Assembly (NCBI GenBank): GCA_977017645.1
Contig: OZ360238.1
Location: forward strand, 26,536,001-26,600,000
DNA from: Torpedo marmorata
Taxonomy: Eukaryota
Direction of reading: 5' to 3'
Length of the DNA: 64,000 nucleotides
Of this stretch, positions 23,241 to 37,085 are shown piece after piece (position 1 is the first letter of the stretch; every line of letters starts with the position of its first letter). Both the position numbers and the translations under genes were made by a program. Below the pieces are notes generated by a model that saw only the letters and a list, made by a program, of their open reading frames with translations, had not been told where the DNA came from and searched no databases.

Positions 23241-24702
23241 TTCAGATTTCAGATTTATTGTCAGAGTACATACATGACATCACATACAACCCTGAGATTC
23301 CTTTTTCCTGCGAGCGTGGCAGAATTACCACTAATTGGTAGTGCAAAAAAAAAAATGTACACAGCGTAAACATGTAAACAAATAAAAGAGCTGTGAACAG
23401 ATAACGAATGTAAGCAAGCTGACTGCAATACAGAGAGAACAAAAGAAAATCAATAAAGTGCACAAGTAAGAGTCCTTAAATGAGTCCCTGATTGAGTTTG
23501 TCGTTGAGGAGTCTGATGGTGATGGGGTAGCAGCTGTTTCTGAACCTGGTAGTGCGAGTCTTGTGGCACCTATACCTCTTTCCTGATGGCAGCAGCGAGA
23601 ACAGAGCGTGCGCTGGGTGGTGTGGGTCTTTGATGATTGCTGCTACCCTCCGACGGCAGCGTTCCCTGTAGATGTACTCAATAGTGGGGAGGGTTGTGCC
23701 TGTGATGTCCTGGGCTGTGTCCACTACCTTTTGGAGGGCTTTATGCTCAGGGGTATTGGTGTTCCCATACCAGACCGTGATGCAGCCGGTCAGCACATTT
23801 TCCACCACACCTCTGTAGAAATTTGCCAGGGTTTCTGATGTCATACCAAAACTCCGCAAACTCCTGAGGAAGTAGAGGCGCTGTCGTGCTTTCTTCACGA
23901 TGCCATTGGTGTGTTGGGTCCAGGAAAGATCCTCCAAGATAGTGACTCCCAAGAACCTAAATTTGCTCACCCTCTCCACCTCTGATCGCCCAATGATCAC
24001 TGGATTGTATACCTCTGGCTTTCCTTTCCTGAAGTCAACAATCAGCTCCTTAGTTTTGGTGACATTGAGTGCAAGGTTATTGTTGGTGCACCATTCAGCC
24101 AAGTTTTCAATCTCCATCCTGTATGCTGATTCATCCCCTTCCTTTATACAACCCACTACTGTGGTATTGTCTGCAAATTTGTAGATGGTGTTATTGTCAT
24201 ACCGAACTACACAGTCGTAGGTGTAAAGTGAGTAGAGCAAGGGGCTAAGAACACAGCCTTGTGGTGCTCCGGTACTGATGGAGATTGTGGAGGAGAAGTT
24301 CTTACAATCTTCACTGATTGTGGTCTGGAGGTGAGGAAATCCATGATCCAATTACACAGTGGGGTGTTAACACCCAGGTCTTGGAGTTTGCTGATCAGTT
24401 TTGAGGGGATTATGGTGTTAAATGCCGAACGGTAGTCGATAAAGAGCATCCTGATGTATGCATCTTTGCTGTCCAGGTGTTCCAGGGCTTTGTGTAGAGC
24501 CAGTGAGATGGCATCCACTGTAGACCTGTTACTACGATAGGCGAACTGGAATGTATCCATGTCACCGCTCAGACAGGAGCTGATATGCTTCATCACCAGC
24601 CTTTCAAAACACTTCATCACTATTGATGTATGTGCTACTGGTCGATAGTCATTAAGGCAGGTTACTACACTCTTCTTGGGCACCGGTATGATTGACACCT
24701 GT
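23241..24702 (-). mobile_element. Rex1/Babar LINE, second subfamily, 5'-truncated
   Basis: ORFs 24207-24833 and 23476-24351 ([23 protein letters not shown]); tail TCTGACAATAAA(TCTGAAA)n. Confidence 0.95.
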
Positions 24703-25094
24703 TTGAAAAAATATGTCCTATTTTCATTTACAATGTCACTGTTAGCAGTTTTCCTGGGGTCCACCTTGCTCCTGACCAACCTCCCTTCAAAACAATCAGA
24801 AACAAAATCTGTCGATAGTTTTGCACAATTCACTCCATACTCATTTTATGAAGGTCTTACTATCTGTTATGTATCCATTTCTCTGTCCCAGTCACCATGA
24901 TCTGCACTGGGTTTTGTGATTTAGTGTAGTTTCCTTTTACTTGTTGTCATCCCTTATATTTATAAGCATTCATGGTTGCTTATTTTGGGCAAGAACTCTG
25001 TGTTGTTATTTGAACATGTCTGATAGTTGTCTGTTATTTTACCATTACCGGGTCTACCTGGTTTACAATATACAGTCAATGGACCTTGGAAGTC

Positions 25095-25228
25095 GGAGAA
25101 AAATACTCAGAAAATGTTGGAAATACTCAAATGATCAGACAGCATCTCTGGAAAGAGAAATGGAGTTAAAGACTTGTGTCTTCAAACTGAATTATTAAAT
25201 CCATTTCTGTTTCCACTGATGTTGCCTA
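25095..25228. mobile_element. Older Penelope-type inverted-repeat remnant
   Basis: aaatgttggaaatactc...cagcatctctggaaagagaaatgga / tccatttctgtttccactgatgttg. Confidence 0.5.
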
Positions 25229-25229
25229 A

Positions 25230-25567
25230 ATATAAGAATGCAAGAACATCAGAAATTGGAGCAGGAGCAGACCGTCTGGCCTGTCGAGCCTGCTTCCCCA
25301 TTCAATAAGATCGTGGCTGATCTGGCCATGGACTCAGCTCCACTTATCCTCCTGCACCCCATTATCCTTAATTCCCCTACGATTCAAAAATCTATCTGTG
25401 TCTTTAATATATTTAATGAGGCAGCCTCTACTGCTTTATTGGGCAGAGAATTCCACAGATTCACCACTCTCTGGGAGAAGCAGTTCCTCCTCATCTCTGT
25501 ATTAAATCTACTCCCCTGAATCTTGAGGTTATGTCCCCTAGCTCTTGTCTCACCTGCCAGTGAAAAC
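25230..25567 (-). mobile_element. CR1 LINE 3' fragment
   Basis: Close match to 26497-26826. Confidence 0.85.
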
Positions 25568-26496
25568 TACCAAAGGTTTTCAGTATTTTCTATTTTCATA
25601 CAATACAAGCATCCCTATTTCAGCACTTGGAAGTCACCCCCTACCTAAATCCAAAATATTAGGAGCTATTTTATGTTTATCCATCAAATGTGATGTTGAG
25701 CATCATCGCATTGTGATCACAATTAGATAAATGTTATTGCACCACTGAGTCGCTGGTCACATTACAAATATAAAAGTTTAAAAACCACCTTTTACTCAAG
25801 TGGTTTGTGCAACGTAATTATGCAAACATATCCACTATTTTAATCAAGCTAGTAATCTATTTAGCATTAACAAGTTAACAACTATGTTAATATTGTGGCA
25901 AAATAATTTGTCCAACTTTTTGACAATGTAACTCAGGAAAAACACAAAAGGAGTGTTTCTGTTTTTAAAATTGTAATGTTAATTGTTCAGAAGAGCAGCA
26001 ATAGAAATCAGAATCTTCAAAAGCATTCTGGTGAATGGCAACTCAAACATTTTTGCCTTTGAGCTAGTTAAGATTATTACATTAAATAATCCTGAGAAGT
26101 GAAGAAAGGGATTAACCACAAATACATTCATATTAAAACAAGTTACATATCCTCAAACCAACAATTGTTGCCAGGCTCTGCTGTATGGATGATAACAATC
26201 GAGGAACTTCACCACTAGCCCTGGGGCTTTGTTGCATGTACGAGAACCACAAAACCTTTGAATGACTCACCTCTTTACAAACCAAGGCATGTAGAAATCA
26301 AAAGAAATGCCACTTAACAAAATTTGCAACATGTCAGCCATCAGACTGATGAGCCAGGACACAACAGGTGGAGCACATGGATCTTTCCAAGAACAACACT
26401 GCAACACTGTGTTGATTGGATCACTTGACCAGCTTCCATTATTGTCAATAACAAAAAAAATAAGTTCAGCTGACTTTGATGGATTAGTGGAGGGGT

Positions 26497-28037
26497 AGAA
26501 CATAAGAAATAGCAGCAGCAATAGGTCCCCAGCCTGTTGAGCCTGCTCTGCCATTCAATAAGATCACGGCTGCTCTGGCAGTGGACTCCGCTCCACCTAC
26601 CTTCCTTTTCCCCATAACCCTTAATTCTCCTGATATGCCAAAATGTATCTTGCGCTGTCTTAAATATATTTAATGAGGCAACCTCTACTGCTTCCTTGGA
26701 CAGAGAATTCCACACATTCACCACTCTCTGGGAAAAGCAGTTCCCCATCAACTCTGTCGTAAATCTACTCCCCTGAATCTTGAGGCTGTGTCCCCTAGTT
26801 CTTGTCTCACCTGCCAGTGAAAACAACTTTCCTGCCTCTGTCGTATCTATCCGTTTCATTATTTTATCTGTTTCTTACAAGATCCCTTCTCATTCTTCCG
26901 AATTCCAGTGAGTACAATCCCAGGTGAAACCCCTCATCTCTGGAGTCAACCTGGTCAACCTCCTCTGAACCACCACCAAAGCCAATATATCTTTTATCAA
27001 GTTAGGAAGCCAGAACTGCATGCAGTACTCCAGGTGCGGCCCCACCATTACCCTGAACCTTCCTGCTCTTAAATGGAATCACTCCAGCAATGAAGGCCAA
27101 CATTCCATTTGTCTTCTTGATTACCTGTTGCACCTGCAAATCAACCTTCCGTGATTCATGCACAAGCACTCCCAAGTCCCATTGTATAACAGCATGCTGC
27201 AATCTTTAACCATTTAAGTAATAATATGATCTATTATTTTTTTATCCAAAGTGGATGGCCTCACATTTCTCAACATTGTACTCCATCTGCCAGAACATGC
27301 TCCCTCTCTTTGCAGACTCTCTGCATCCTCTGAACAATTTGCTTTTCCATTCAATTTAGTGTTATCATCAAACGTCACACTCGGTCCCCTCTTCCAAATC
27401 ATTAATATATAAAATGAACTGTTGCAGGCCCAGCACTGACCCCTGCGGCATTTAGCTCACCACGAATTGCCAACCAAAGAAGCACACATTTATCCTAACT
27501 CTCTGCCTTCTATTGATTAACCAGTCCTCTATCCATCCTAATATTTTACCCCCAACTCCATGTAACCTTATCTTATGGATGTCTTTTATGCGGCACCTTA
27601 CCAAACAACCAGGCGGCACAGTGAGCGTAGCGGTTAGCGTAACGCTATTACAGCGCCAGTGACCCGGTTTCGAATCCGGTGCTGTCTGCAAGGAGTTTGT
27701 ACATTCTCTCTGGGTGCTCCGATTTTCTCCCATCTTCAAAATGTACAGGGTTGGGAGTTTAATTGGGTGGCATAGGTTTCATGGGCTGGTGAGGGCCTTC
27801 TCTTGTGCTGTATCGTTTAAAAAAAATTATTCACCTGTTCCCCTCTATCCAGTGTGCTCATAATAGCTTCAGTGAACTCCAATAAATGCGTCAAACATGA
27901 TCTTCCCTTACTGAATTGATACTGCATCTGCCCGATGGACCAATTTCAATCTAGATGTCTTGCTATTTCTTCTTTAATGATAGCTTCAAACATTTTCCTG
28001 ATGATAAACGTTCAGCTAACTGGCCTACAGTTACCTG
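26497..28037 (-). mobile_element. CR1 LINE 5'-truncated copy with a nested SINE
   Basis: KIRLHGVGGKILGWIEDWLINRRQRV, DLGVLVHES, ETRTRGHSLKI, FSQRVVNVWNSL. Confidence 0.9.
27611..27822 (+). mobile_element. tRNA-derived V-domain SINE nested in CR1
   Basis: ggcggcacagtgagcgtagcggttagcg...tttcgaatccgg. Confidence 0.85.
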
Positions 28038-28759
28038 GAGAGAGGGAAGTAGAGAAATAAACAGGCTTACAATCCAGGAGCAGCTTCTGAATCCTTAATT
28101 TGTATTTAGGACTAAAGTTCTCTTGAAACATCTTTTACTAGCAAAAGAGATTTTCTCATCAGTGCCCAGTACATTTGATGTGTTGATATGATGCTGATGT
28201 TTGAAGGATGCTACAGGACAGAGGTGTTACGCTGTTGCACATCACAGACCCTAGAGTAAGTGATCAAATATTTAACTGCTAGAAAAGTAATTCCCCATTT
28301 GATATTATTATATAGTAATTACTTGAAATATATGTGACCAGATTCATCTCATGCTGGTATGAGAATGAACCAGAATTTACTGGGAACTATTGACTTTTTC
28401 CTTTGTGAGAGCCATCAACTTCTGGACTCCTACATGAATGCAAAATACCTGAATGTACTGGCCAAGTATTGCTGCCAATCTTTGTGGCAGAATCCTGTCA
28501 CTGGACTGAACAAAAGGGCAGGAGCACGCTGAAGTGGCCAGTACTTACTTTGGGGGAACAGGTTGATCTGTGGGTTGATGTGTTTGAATGGATTGGATGA
28601 TCTGTGAGGAAGAACTGCAAAAATTAACTAACGTACATATCTTTCAATTAATTGCATTCGCTTTCTTTAAGTTATTTTAAAGTATTTTGAACTTTATAAA
28701 CTTTTCAATAAAATAAACAATCTTTAAATTGTTTCTCATTTTTTTAATTTTAATTTTTT

Positions 28760-28992
28760 TTAAATTTAGACATACAACATGGTAACAGGCCCTACCGCCC
28801 CACACGCCCGTGCTGCCCAAACACCCCAATTAACCAACAACACCAATACATTTTTGAAGGGTGGGAGGAAACCAGAGCACCCGGAGGAAACCCATGCAGA
28901 CACGGGGACAACGTACAGACAGCGCCGGATTCGAACCCAGGTCGCTGGCACTGTAAGTGTCGCGCTAACCGCTAAGTTAACCGTGCCGCCCA
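28760..28992 (-). mobile_element. tRNA-derived V-domain SINE
   Basis: Reverse complement of the 20025/47090 family; AT-rich tail. Confidence 0.9.
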
Positions 28993-29009
28993 ATTTCAAT
29001 TGCTTAATA

Positions 29010-29186
29010 CAACAAACAACCTTCTGGTTGAGCAGCATCAGTGGGAGAAAAAGATTGGTTGACATTTCGGATGGAAACCCATCATCGTGAATCGTCGGCC
29101 ATTTTCTTTCTCCCACTGATGCTGTTCGACCTGATGAGTTCCCTCCAGCGGGTTTTTATTCCCTTCAGTCTCTTGTGCCTCGAGTT
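29010..29186. mobile_element. Older palindromic Penelope-type element
   Basis: cagcatcagtgggagaaa / tttctcccactgatgctg arms; candidate 12-bp TSD AATTG(C/T)TTAATA at 28998-29009 and 29187-29198. Confidence 0.55.
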
Positions 29187-29519
29187 AATTGTTTAATAGT
29201 TTGATTTTTAATAGTTTTTGATTGGATTGGATGCCAAGATAGTCAAAAGCATCAGAAAACTTTGGCAGACGGCAAGGCAGTGCGTAAGGCTTTTCTGACG
29301 GTCAAAGGTTTTTGTCAGCTTTTCCATTGGGTGGGATTAATGTTGTTCATGGTCGTGCCTTCACCATGAACAGCTTCATGATTTTGTACCTTGACTCATC
29401 TTTTGGTAAATTCCACCTTCCAAAAACAAATCAGCTGAAACACACCTCAATGGTGAATATAAGTGACCACATTCACTAAGTGGTGAGCTATTAAAACTGG
29501 CAATTTCGGAATCAAATGG

Positions 29520-30118
29520 AGATGGTCAAAAACTTTGGCAAACTTCGACAGATGTGTAGTGGAAATTGTGCTGACTGGCTGCATCACAGCCTGGTATGGG
29601 GGAACCAATACCTCTGAGCAGAAAACGCTGCAAAAGGTAGTGGACATAGCCCAGAACATCACAGGAAAAACTCTTCCCAGCATTGAGAACATTTACATGG
29701 AACGCTGCTGTTGGAGAGCTGCAGCAATCATCAAGGATCCACACCACTCAGGACATGCTCTGATCTTGCTGCTGCCATCAGGAAAGTGGTATAGGTGCCA
29801 AAAGACTCATACCTCCAGGTTCAGGAACAGTTGCTACCCCTCCACCATCAGACTTCTAAACAACAAACTCAATCAGAGACTCACTTAAAGACTCTTACTT
29901 TGCACATTATTTATTATTAAATATTTATTTTCTGTATTGCACAGTTAGTTTACATTTCTTTCTTTGTTTACATTTCTCACTTTTCTATATGTATATTTTC
30001 GTACATTTTTTGCACTACCAATAAGTAGAAATTCTGCCTGGCCCACAGGAAAAAGAATCTCAGGGTTGTATGTGATGCCATTTATGTACACTGACAATAA
30101 ATCTGAACTTTAACTTTG
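29520..30118 (+). mobile_element. Rex1 second-subfamily 3' fragment
   Basis: ORF 29535-29888 (GCITAWYG...LLPSGK...PSTIRLLN) and tail. Confidence 0.92.
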
Positions 30119-30141
30119 GCATACACAAAATTTGGTCATTA

Positions 30142-30245
30142 GTTCTGATGAAGGAGTCTGACAAGAAGCGTGAACTCTTTTTCTTCCCTCCACTTGTGCT
30201 GCCTGGGCTGCTGAGGGATATTTCCAGCAGTTTGTTCTTATTGCA
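30142..30245 (+). mobile_element. Old solo Penelope-type pLTR remnant
   Basis: CTGATGAAGG...ctccacttgtgctgcctgggctgctgagggatatttccagca. Confidence 0.45.
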
Positions 30246-31380
30246 GCAATTAGCAAAGGTGAAATCAAATTCAAATACCTGGGGGCTGTGATAGACTGTC
30301 ACAGTCTGCCACTCGCTTTGTGAAAATGGCAGATCACTGTCTGCTATATCAGGGAAAGTCAACGACAAGCATGAAGTTGTTTCATCTCCACGGAAGATCA
30401 ATAAACATGGCAAGTTAAGTCATGTCAACGTAAATGCAAGTTCCCGTTGAATGATGTGTTAACTGTTAATTACAATCAATCAACATTGCTGGCACTCAAA
30501 TTAACTATGAAGTCTTGTTCTTTCAGGTTTTAATTGATGTTTTTTTTAAATGTCAAATGTTTATGAAAATAATGTACTTTTCCTTTTTCTCTTTTCCAAC
30601 CTAATCCAATCTTCATTTGCTTTCCTGCAGCTGAGTTGACATTGAATATACTGATTCAAACTCACAGTTCCTACTCAGTCCTTGTGTTTATTTCTCAATG
30701 TTTTATGTGTAATGGATTAAGGAGATGCACAATTGTTTGTCCAGTTCACTCAGGTCTCCGATGCCATGTTTACTTCACTGACCTGTGATCAACTCATCCC
30801 TTCATCAACTAGTCTTGCAAAGGAATTGAAACCCTGTACTTGCAAGGGCTTGTCCGGCTCAAGGCAACAGCGTTTGCTGGCCTAACTCAACATGTGCCAG
30901 CCCATCGTGTTAACAGACTGCCCACAGTCATTGCTTAAAAATAAAATCTCACCATTTATAAATGCACACTACTTGGGTACCTTTAACTCTCTTGCCTTGC
31001 ATGCTAAATTAGCTGACCTAAAGGCTTGTGCAACAGTGGACTATTATAATTGCCTTTAGTGCTGCTAGGCTAATGAAGGGGAAAAGTAATCACAAAGCTT
31101 CCCATTAATTACATTTATAAGGTGACTGAAGCAGGAAGGTTCATAAATGTGAAAGTCAGGTGAGGAGAGGTCAGATTCAGTTGTGGTTCTTCAGCAGCCC
31201 CACCCTGACAGGGTAAATGCAGCACTGCCTGGTCCAGCATCACACATGAAAGAACAGCTCAAGCTCGTGCAACTGCGCCCCAGCATTTATGGAGGCATAG
31301 ATACATGGCAACATTGGGAAGATGAAGGTGATCCCTCAAAACAAAATTCACCTACTCTGAGAGTACATCTACGCTTGCAT

Positions 31381-31818
31381 GAAATCTACATGGAACGCTG
31401 CCGTCGGAGAGCAGCAGCAATCATCAAGGATCCACACCACCCAGCACATGCTCTGTTCTCGCTGCTGCTATCAGCAAAGAGGTATAGGTGCCACAAGACT
31501 CGCACCACCAGGTTCAGGAACAGTTGCTACCCCTCTGCTATCAGACTCCTGAACAACAGACTCAATCAGAGACTCATTTAAGGACTCTTACTTTGCACAT
31601 TGTTTATTACTGAACATTTAATTTTTCAGATTTGCACAGTCAGTTTGTTTACATTTATTTCTTAGTTTACTCTTCTCTCTTTTGCATACGTATCTTTTTC
31701 TGAGTACAGTTTACACTACCGATAAGTAGAAATTCTGCCTGGCCTGCAGGAAAACGAATCTCAGGGTTGTATGTGATGTCATGTATGTACTCTGACAATA
31801 AATCTAAACTTTAAACTT
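31381..31818 (+). mobile_element. Rex1 second-subfamily 3' fragment
   Basis: IYMERCRRRAAAIIKDPHHPAHALF... and tail. Confidence 0.92.
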
Positions 31819-31819
31819 T

Positions 31820-31940
31820 GGAAACACGAAAGTCTGCAGACGCTGTGATTGTAGTAAAACCACAAAAATGCTGGTCTCGCATCGTCCATAGGAGGTAAAG
31901 ATATATAAAACCAGCATTTTGGGCCTGAGCCCTTCTTCCT
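31820..31940 (-). mobile_element. Solo Penelope-type pLTR with tail
   Basis: gaaacacgaaagtctgcagacgctgtg...gggcctgagcccttcttc; same family as 41238 and 50505. Confidence 0.7.
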
Positions 31941-33060
31941 CCCCCATCTATTCAGCATTCTATCCCAACAGAATTACGCCAGACATTTATATTCTGATTT
32001 ATTATGCTTCCAGGTTTCATATGGTATTTATTGTACCCCAGTTCATATTAAATGGAACAATTTCTGCTGAAGATGCCAGCAGAGGCAGAGTTCACAGAAC
32101 TGCCAGCTGTGAGGATGGCCCGGACTCACTCACTGCTGCTTCATTACTTGGAAAACATTAAACAACTGTGCATTGGGAGTAGGAAATGAGACTGTTAAAC
32201 CAACCTGATATAATTCTCATCAACAAAGGGAAAGAGCACAGATCAATTAAGGCCTCCACAGTGTAGCAATGAAGCATATCTAAAGCTGTGAGACTTAAAA
32301 CAAATTGACTATAGAGGACTCTATTGGTCTCAGTACAGAGGAGGAGTGTGTGTGAGAGAAAATATATGGCAGGAGGTGGGAGGGTGGGAAACAGAAAGAT
32401 GGAGGAAGAGAAGACAGAAGGAAAATAGATCTCTTCGATAACTCAAAAGACTAAGGACTCTTGACAGTCTTTATTATTAAGCCCAGTGAACATGGGGGTC
32501 AGAAAACAAGGACAGCTGTGAAAAAAACTATTAACAAATGGTTTCCGACAATAACCCACAATTGTACAGTACACTTCCTATATTAACTAAATTCAGTCAA
32601 TATTATATACATCATAACGACATGAATTACAACAGCTCACCTTGCGATTTTCCAATTAATAAAAGTGACCCATTGCCTGAGTGGAGAATGTACTGCTGAA
32701 CAGTCTATGTGCACAGGCACTTAATCAAACGACTAATAGATCACCTTGAGTAAATGTGTTCAATAAAATGTTACTCACAGTATCTAATAATGCACTCCTG
32801 AAAGTAAAGTAAGTGTATCAGGAACACATCTGGAAATATTTCAGAGCAGAAATGCTGATTTCCTGTGTGTGTTGACCCCTTGAGTAAATATCTTCAATAA
32901 AACATTAGCCCCATGTTCATCATAACAATAGCTCCCTGTAGTAAATGGAGTTTGCTAAGATTGTTTCCGGGTTAAAAAAAAATAATGTTTCTGCTGTAAT
33001 TTTCTTTGGTGTAATTACACAGCAGTTGCTTAGACTATAAATACACTAAATGTGGTTTTC

Positions 33061-34364
33061 TTTTCTTTTTTTTTTGGAATATTTTATTTGTATTTTTTAA
33101 AGCCAAACATATTATCAATAACAAAAATAATAGATCATCAAATATAATATTCGTCTGTTGACTATTATACTTAAAAACAACAACAAAATTACAAACAAAG
33201 GAAAACCCACCCACCCAATTCCCCCCTAAATGAAAGAAAAGAGAGGAATAGAATAAGAAAAGGTTGAAATAGAAAAGGAAAGAAGACGTTGGAAGTTCGT
33301 CGCCCACCCCGCAGGCTTAAATTACTTGGCATACTCGGATTTCTGAAGAGGAAATGGACATAGGTCCTGGAGGCGAGGGGGGGCCTGGTTATAGATTTAC
33401 AGCCATGTGTTGTAAATATGGAGTCCAAATCTTTTAAAATATATCATATCTATTTCTAAGATTATAGGTAATCTTCTCAAGGGGAACACAACTGTACATT
33501 TCCTCATTCCATCTTGTCATACCTAGATGGGAATCAGACTTCCATGTGACCGCTATACATTTCTTGGCCACCGCCAATGCGATCTTCACAAATTTTATTT
33601 GAAATTTTGACAGCCTCATCTTAGGTCTTACGCCGGAGATATTGCCCAATAGAAATAATTCTGGGCGTTGTGGTAACTAAATTTCTGTAATTTGTTCTAA
33701 GAGTTCCCTAAATCTGTCCAGAAAGGTTTTACTTTGGGGCATGACCAGGTTAAATGTAAAAACGTTCCTATTTCTTTGCCGCATCTAAAACATTTATCTG
33801 ATATTTCTGATTTAAATTTATTCAATTTTTGCAGCGTGAGATACAACTGGTGCAAAAAATTGTATTGCACCAGTCTGTATCTTACATTTATTGTGTTTTT
33901 CATACTGTCCCGACATAAGTCGGACCAGTTTTGTTCATTAATTATTATATCCAAGTCTGACTCCTATCTCTGTCTAGATCTATGTAGCCCCTGTTAAGGG
34001 GTTCCTTTTTGTAGTAAAAGATAGGCTGCTGAAATAAACTTCTTTGTGATCCCCTTTCGAATCAAAGTCTCCACTGGGTCATTGATGGGCCCAATTTATC
34101 CCTTAAGTAAGATCTCAGCTGGAAATAGCAGAAGAGTGTATTATTCATAATACCATACTTATTTTTTAATTGTTCAAATGACATAAGTTGTCACTGCTCA
34201 TAGCAATCCTCGACACATCTGATCCCTTTCCGGGACCAGGCGTCCAGGATCTTATTATCCATTGTAAAAGGTATACACCTATTTTGAGCCAGGGGCGTTT
34301 TTGGAGATAACCTCCCCTTATTCCCAATTTGATAATTTATTTTATACCATGTATCAATTATGTG
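33061..34364 (-). mobile_element. 5'-truncated L1-clade LINE
   Basis: RYRLVQYNFLHQLY, CFRCGKEIGTFLHLTWSC zinc knuckle, poly(A); perfect 15-bp TSD CTAAATGTGGTTTTC at 33046-33060 and 34365-34379. Confidence 0.93.
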
Positions 34365-36029
34365 CTAAATGTGGTTTTCAAACAACATTGCACATGCAAA
34401 AATTAGGAAATTCTAAGCTGCCTTCTTAGCTTCCATGTGCAGTCTCCCTGCAATAGAACACGAACATACCCAGTAAGGCTTTCTTTCTTCAAAGATCTAT
34501 CATCCACTACTCTTCCATCTAGCTCAAGTTTTACAGAGAACCCAAATCTCTCTGATAAACTTTATGTTTAATCAATTTACAGGAGAACTGCTGCTTTTAT
34601 TTGGTTGTTCTTTTCTCACCAGTTTTTCAATGCCACCCATGGTTTTGATTTCTATTTTTATTATCCCCATCCAAATCAATTCTTGTCAGCAAGTTGAAAG
34701 TGTATCTCCATGATGTTTTGTACGATTACGTTTCCAGAAGGCTATAGGGCCTTCCCTACTTCTAGTTCTTATTAAAGGAATCAAGCGATATAGACTGATG
34801 GTAGAGAGAGATAAAAGATCAGCCAGGATCTTATTGCATGGAGGGATAGACACCAGGGTCCAAATGACCTGCTCTTGATTTTAATTCTTAAGGCTAAAGT
34901 TTCTGACTGAAAAGTCATAAGACAACTGTCCAGCAGAGGAATCTCAATTTTCCCTCCTCGATTTCAAGGCCTGTTATAGCCGATGGCTTTGAGCCTACAG
35001 GCTATCCCAGCTAAGGCTCTTCCATGCAGAACAGGGCCCTTCCTGGTTTGTACAGCTCATCTACTCATTGGATAAGCTGTCTGGGGCTTCATAGGGCTCG
35101 ACAATCAAAACTTCTACAAAACTATTCCCTGGAAAGTACTGCATTCAGTATCTCTGCACCTTCCAAAGGAAGCTGTTGATGGTTATACAAATGGACAAAT
35201 TTCAGAAAATCCAAAGTATCCTTCCATTATTCAGAAACATTTACTCAGGTCATCTGGGTATTTCAGATATTTCTGGAGATCCATATTAGATGAAAGCAAG
35301 TAGCCAATTGTGATTTCTTTGCTTCTCTGATTGTGTATGTCAATGATATTTAGAACAAAAATATAATTCCAATCATCGCCCCTTTTGTTGTGTCTGATAC
35401 AGGATATATCTGATCTATTCATTTATCCAGAAGGAACTTAATTCTTACATGGAAATACATTAAGCCCTTCAGATCTTGGAAGAAATTTGTACCTGAACGT
35501 CCAACAATCAATGGATACAAATACTCAATAAAATCAGTATCTGTGTTCCTGAAGATTTCACTGAAGAGAATGATTTGTAGAAATAAACTCTCTGCTGATG
35601 AGCCCTGTTCATCTAAAGGTGTCCGTGGCAAAGCACGAGGCATCAAATCAACAGATTTTAAATCCAAGAAAGAAGAGGGTTGTCTTGCAAAGATGATCTT
35701 AAAAATAACTCCATTTATCAAACCAACAAAGAAATTCTTTAAAATAGTTCTTTGGATAGTAGGCTATCAATCATAAAGCAATACATGATAAATCACCGGG
35801 CTAGTGTTTGTGTGTGGGTGATTGGAGGGATCCACACATGAACTGCTGAATTTTGACCTAGTCCAGAATTCCAAATGTCACTTGGGGCTGGGCATCGTCA
35901 TGGAGGGCAATCAATCTCTCCGTAAGAAAATGTCAGAAATCCAGCTGAGGACTGCATGACCCTCCACACACTTCAAACGTGTAAATTAAACCACAAACTG
36001 CATTCAGCAGAAAGCACTGGGACCATTCA

Positions 36030-36330
36030 TCATAGAGTCATACAGAGGTACAGAACTGAACAGGCCCTTCAGCCCACAGAAGTCCTCCTGATTATTAACC
36101 ACGATTTACACCAATCCCCCAACATTCCCATTCAGTCCCCAGATTCTACCACTATCATCCCCATGAAGGGCAATTTACAGCAGTCAATGAACTTCCCAAT
36201 CCACACATCTTTGGGATGTGGGAGGAAACAAGACCACCTGGGGAAACCCCATATGGTCATAAGGAGAACAGGCAGAGTTGAACCCATGTTTCTGGTGCTG
36301 TAAGACAGTGACTCTACTAGTTGAGCCACT
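36030..36330 (-). mobile_element. Older V-domain SINE
   Basis: tctttgggatgtgggaggaaac...gttgaaccc...agttgagccacta. Confidence 0.7.
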
Positions 36331-36574
36331 ATGAAATGAAGTTTAAATCCTCCATCAGCTAAGGTGTTACTTACTTGAACCAGTAGCACAACAAATAAAC
36401 AGAATGTTGACATCTAACAGATTCACAAATTGAAAAAGACGAGTAGGATAAGGAGTGGAGGTGGGTCAGGAGGTTACTGATTGGACTGATTTCTAGTTTA
36501 TCTTCACAGCGGAAACTAATACGGGGAACACGTAACTGGAAACATTCTTTCAAAATAATGTAGATAAAATAAAC

Positions 36575-37085
36575 CAGCCATACCTCATCGGGGCCCCTAC
36601 GGCCCCGCTGGGGACCATAGCACATTCAAGTAAAAGCCTTGTTTTCTTTTCACTTCACATAACATAAGTATTTTTCCTGTTTTTTGTGTCCTCGGTAGGA
36701 GAGAAGTGCAGAAGAAACCAAAATCTGACTGCTTCACAACTTCAGGAGAGAAGGGTGTCTGCTTAGATGCAGAGGAATTTCTTTGGCCAGGGGGTGGTAA
36801 ATCTATGCAATTTGTTGCCACAGGCAGTTGTGGAGGCCAGATCATTGGGTGTATTTATGCAGATATTGATAGGTTCTTGATTAGCCAGGGCATCAAAGGT
36901 TATGGGGAGAAGGCCGGGGAGTGGGGCTGAGTGGAAAAATGGATCAGCTCATGATTAAATGGCGGGGCAGACTCAATGGGCTGAATAGCCTATTTCTGCT
37001 ATAGGAGCTTATTGAAGTGGGCCCACAAACTTTGAACAAAGTCCTGGGGGGGTGGGGGGGGGGGGGCATAGCCAAAAGGCCGGTA
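36575..37085 (+). mobile_element. hAT MITE (21339 family) interrupted by a CR1 3' fragment (~36745-37010)
   Basis: MITE left part cagccat...agcacattcaagtaaaagcc and right part gcccacaaactttgaacaaagtcc; insert reads IDRFLISQGIKGYGEKAG. Confidence 0.75.

Noticed and set aside
23476-24351. 291-aa ORF as a functional protein
   Set aside because: Frameshifted Rex1 RT; the FADN change is explicable by CpG decay.
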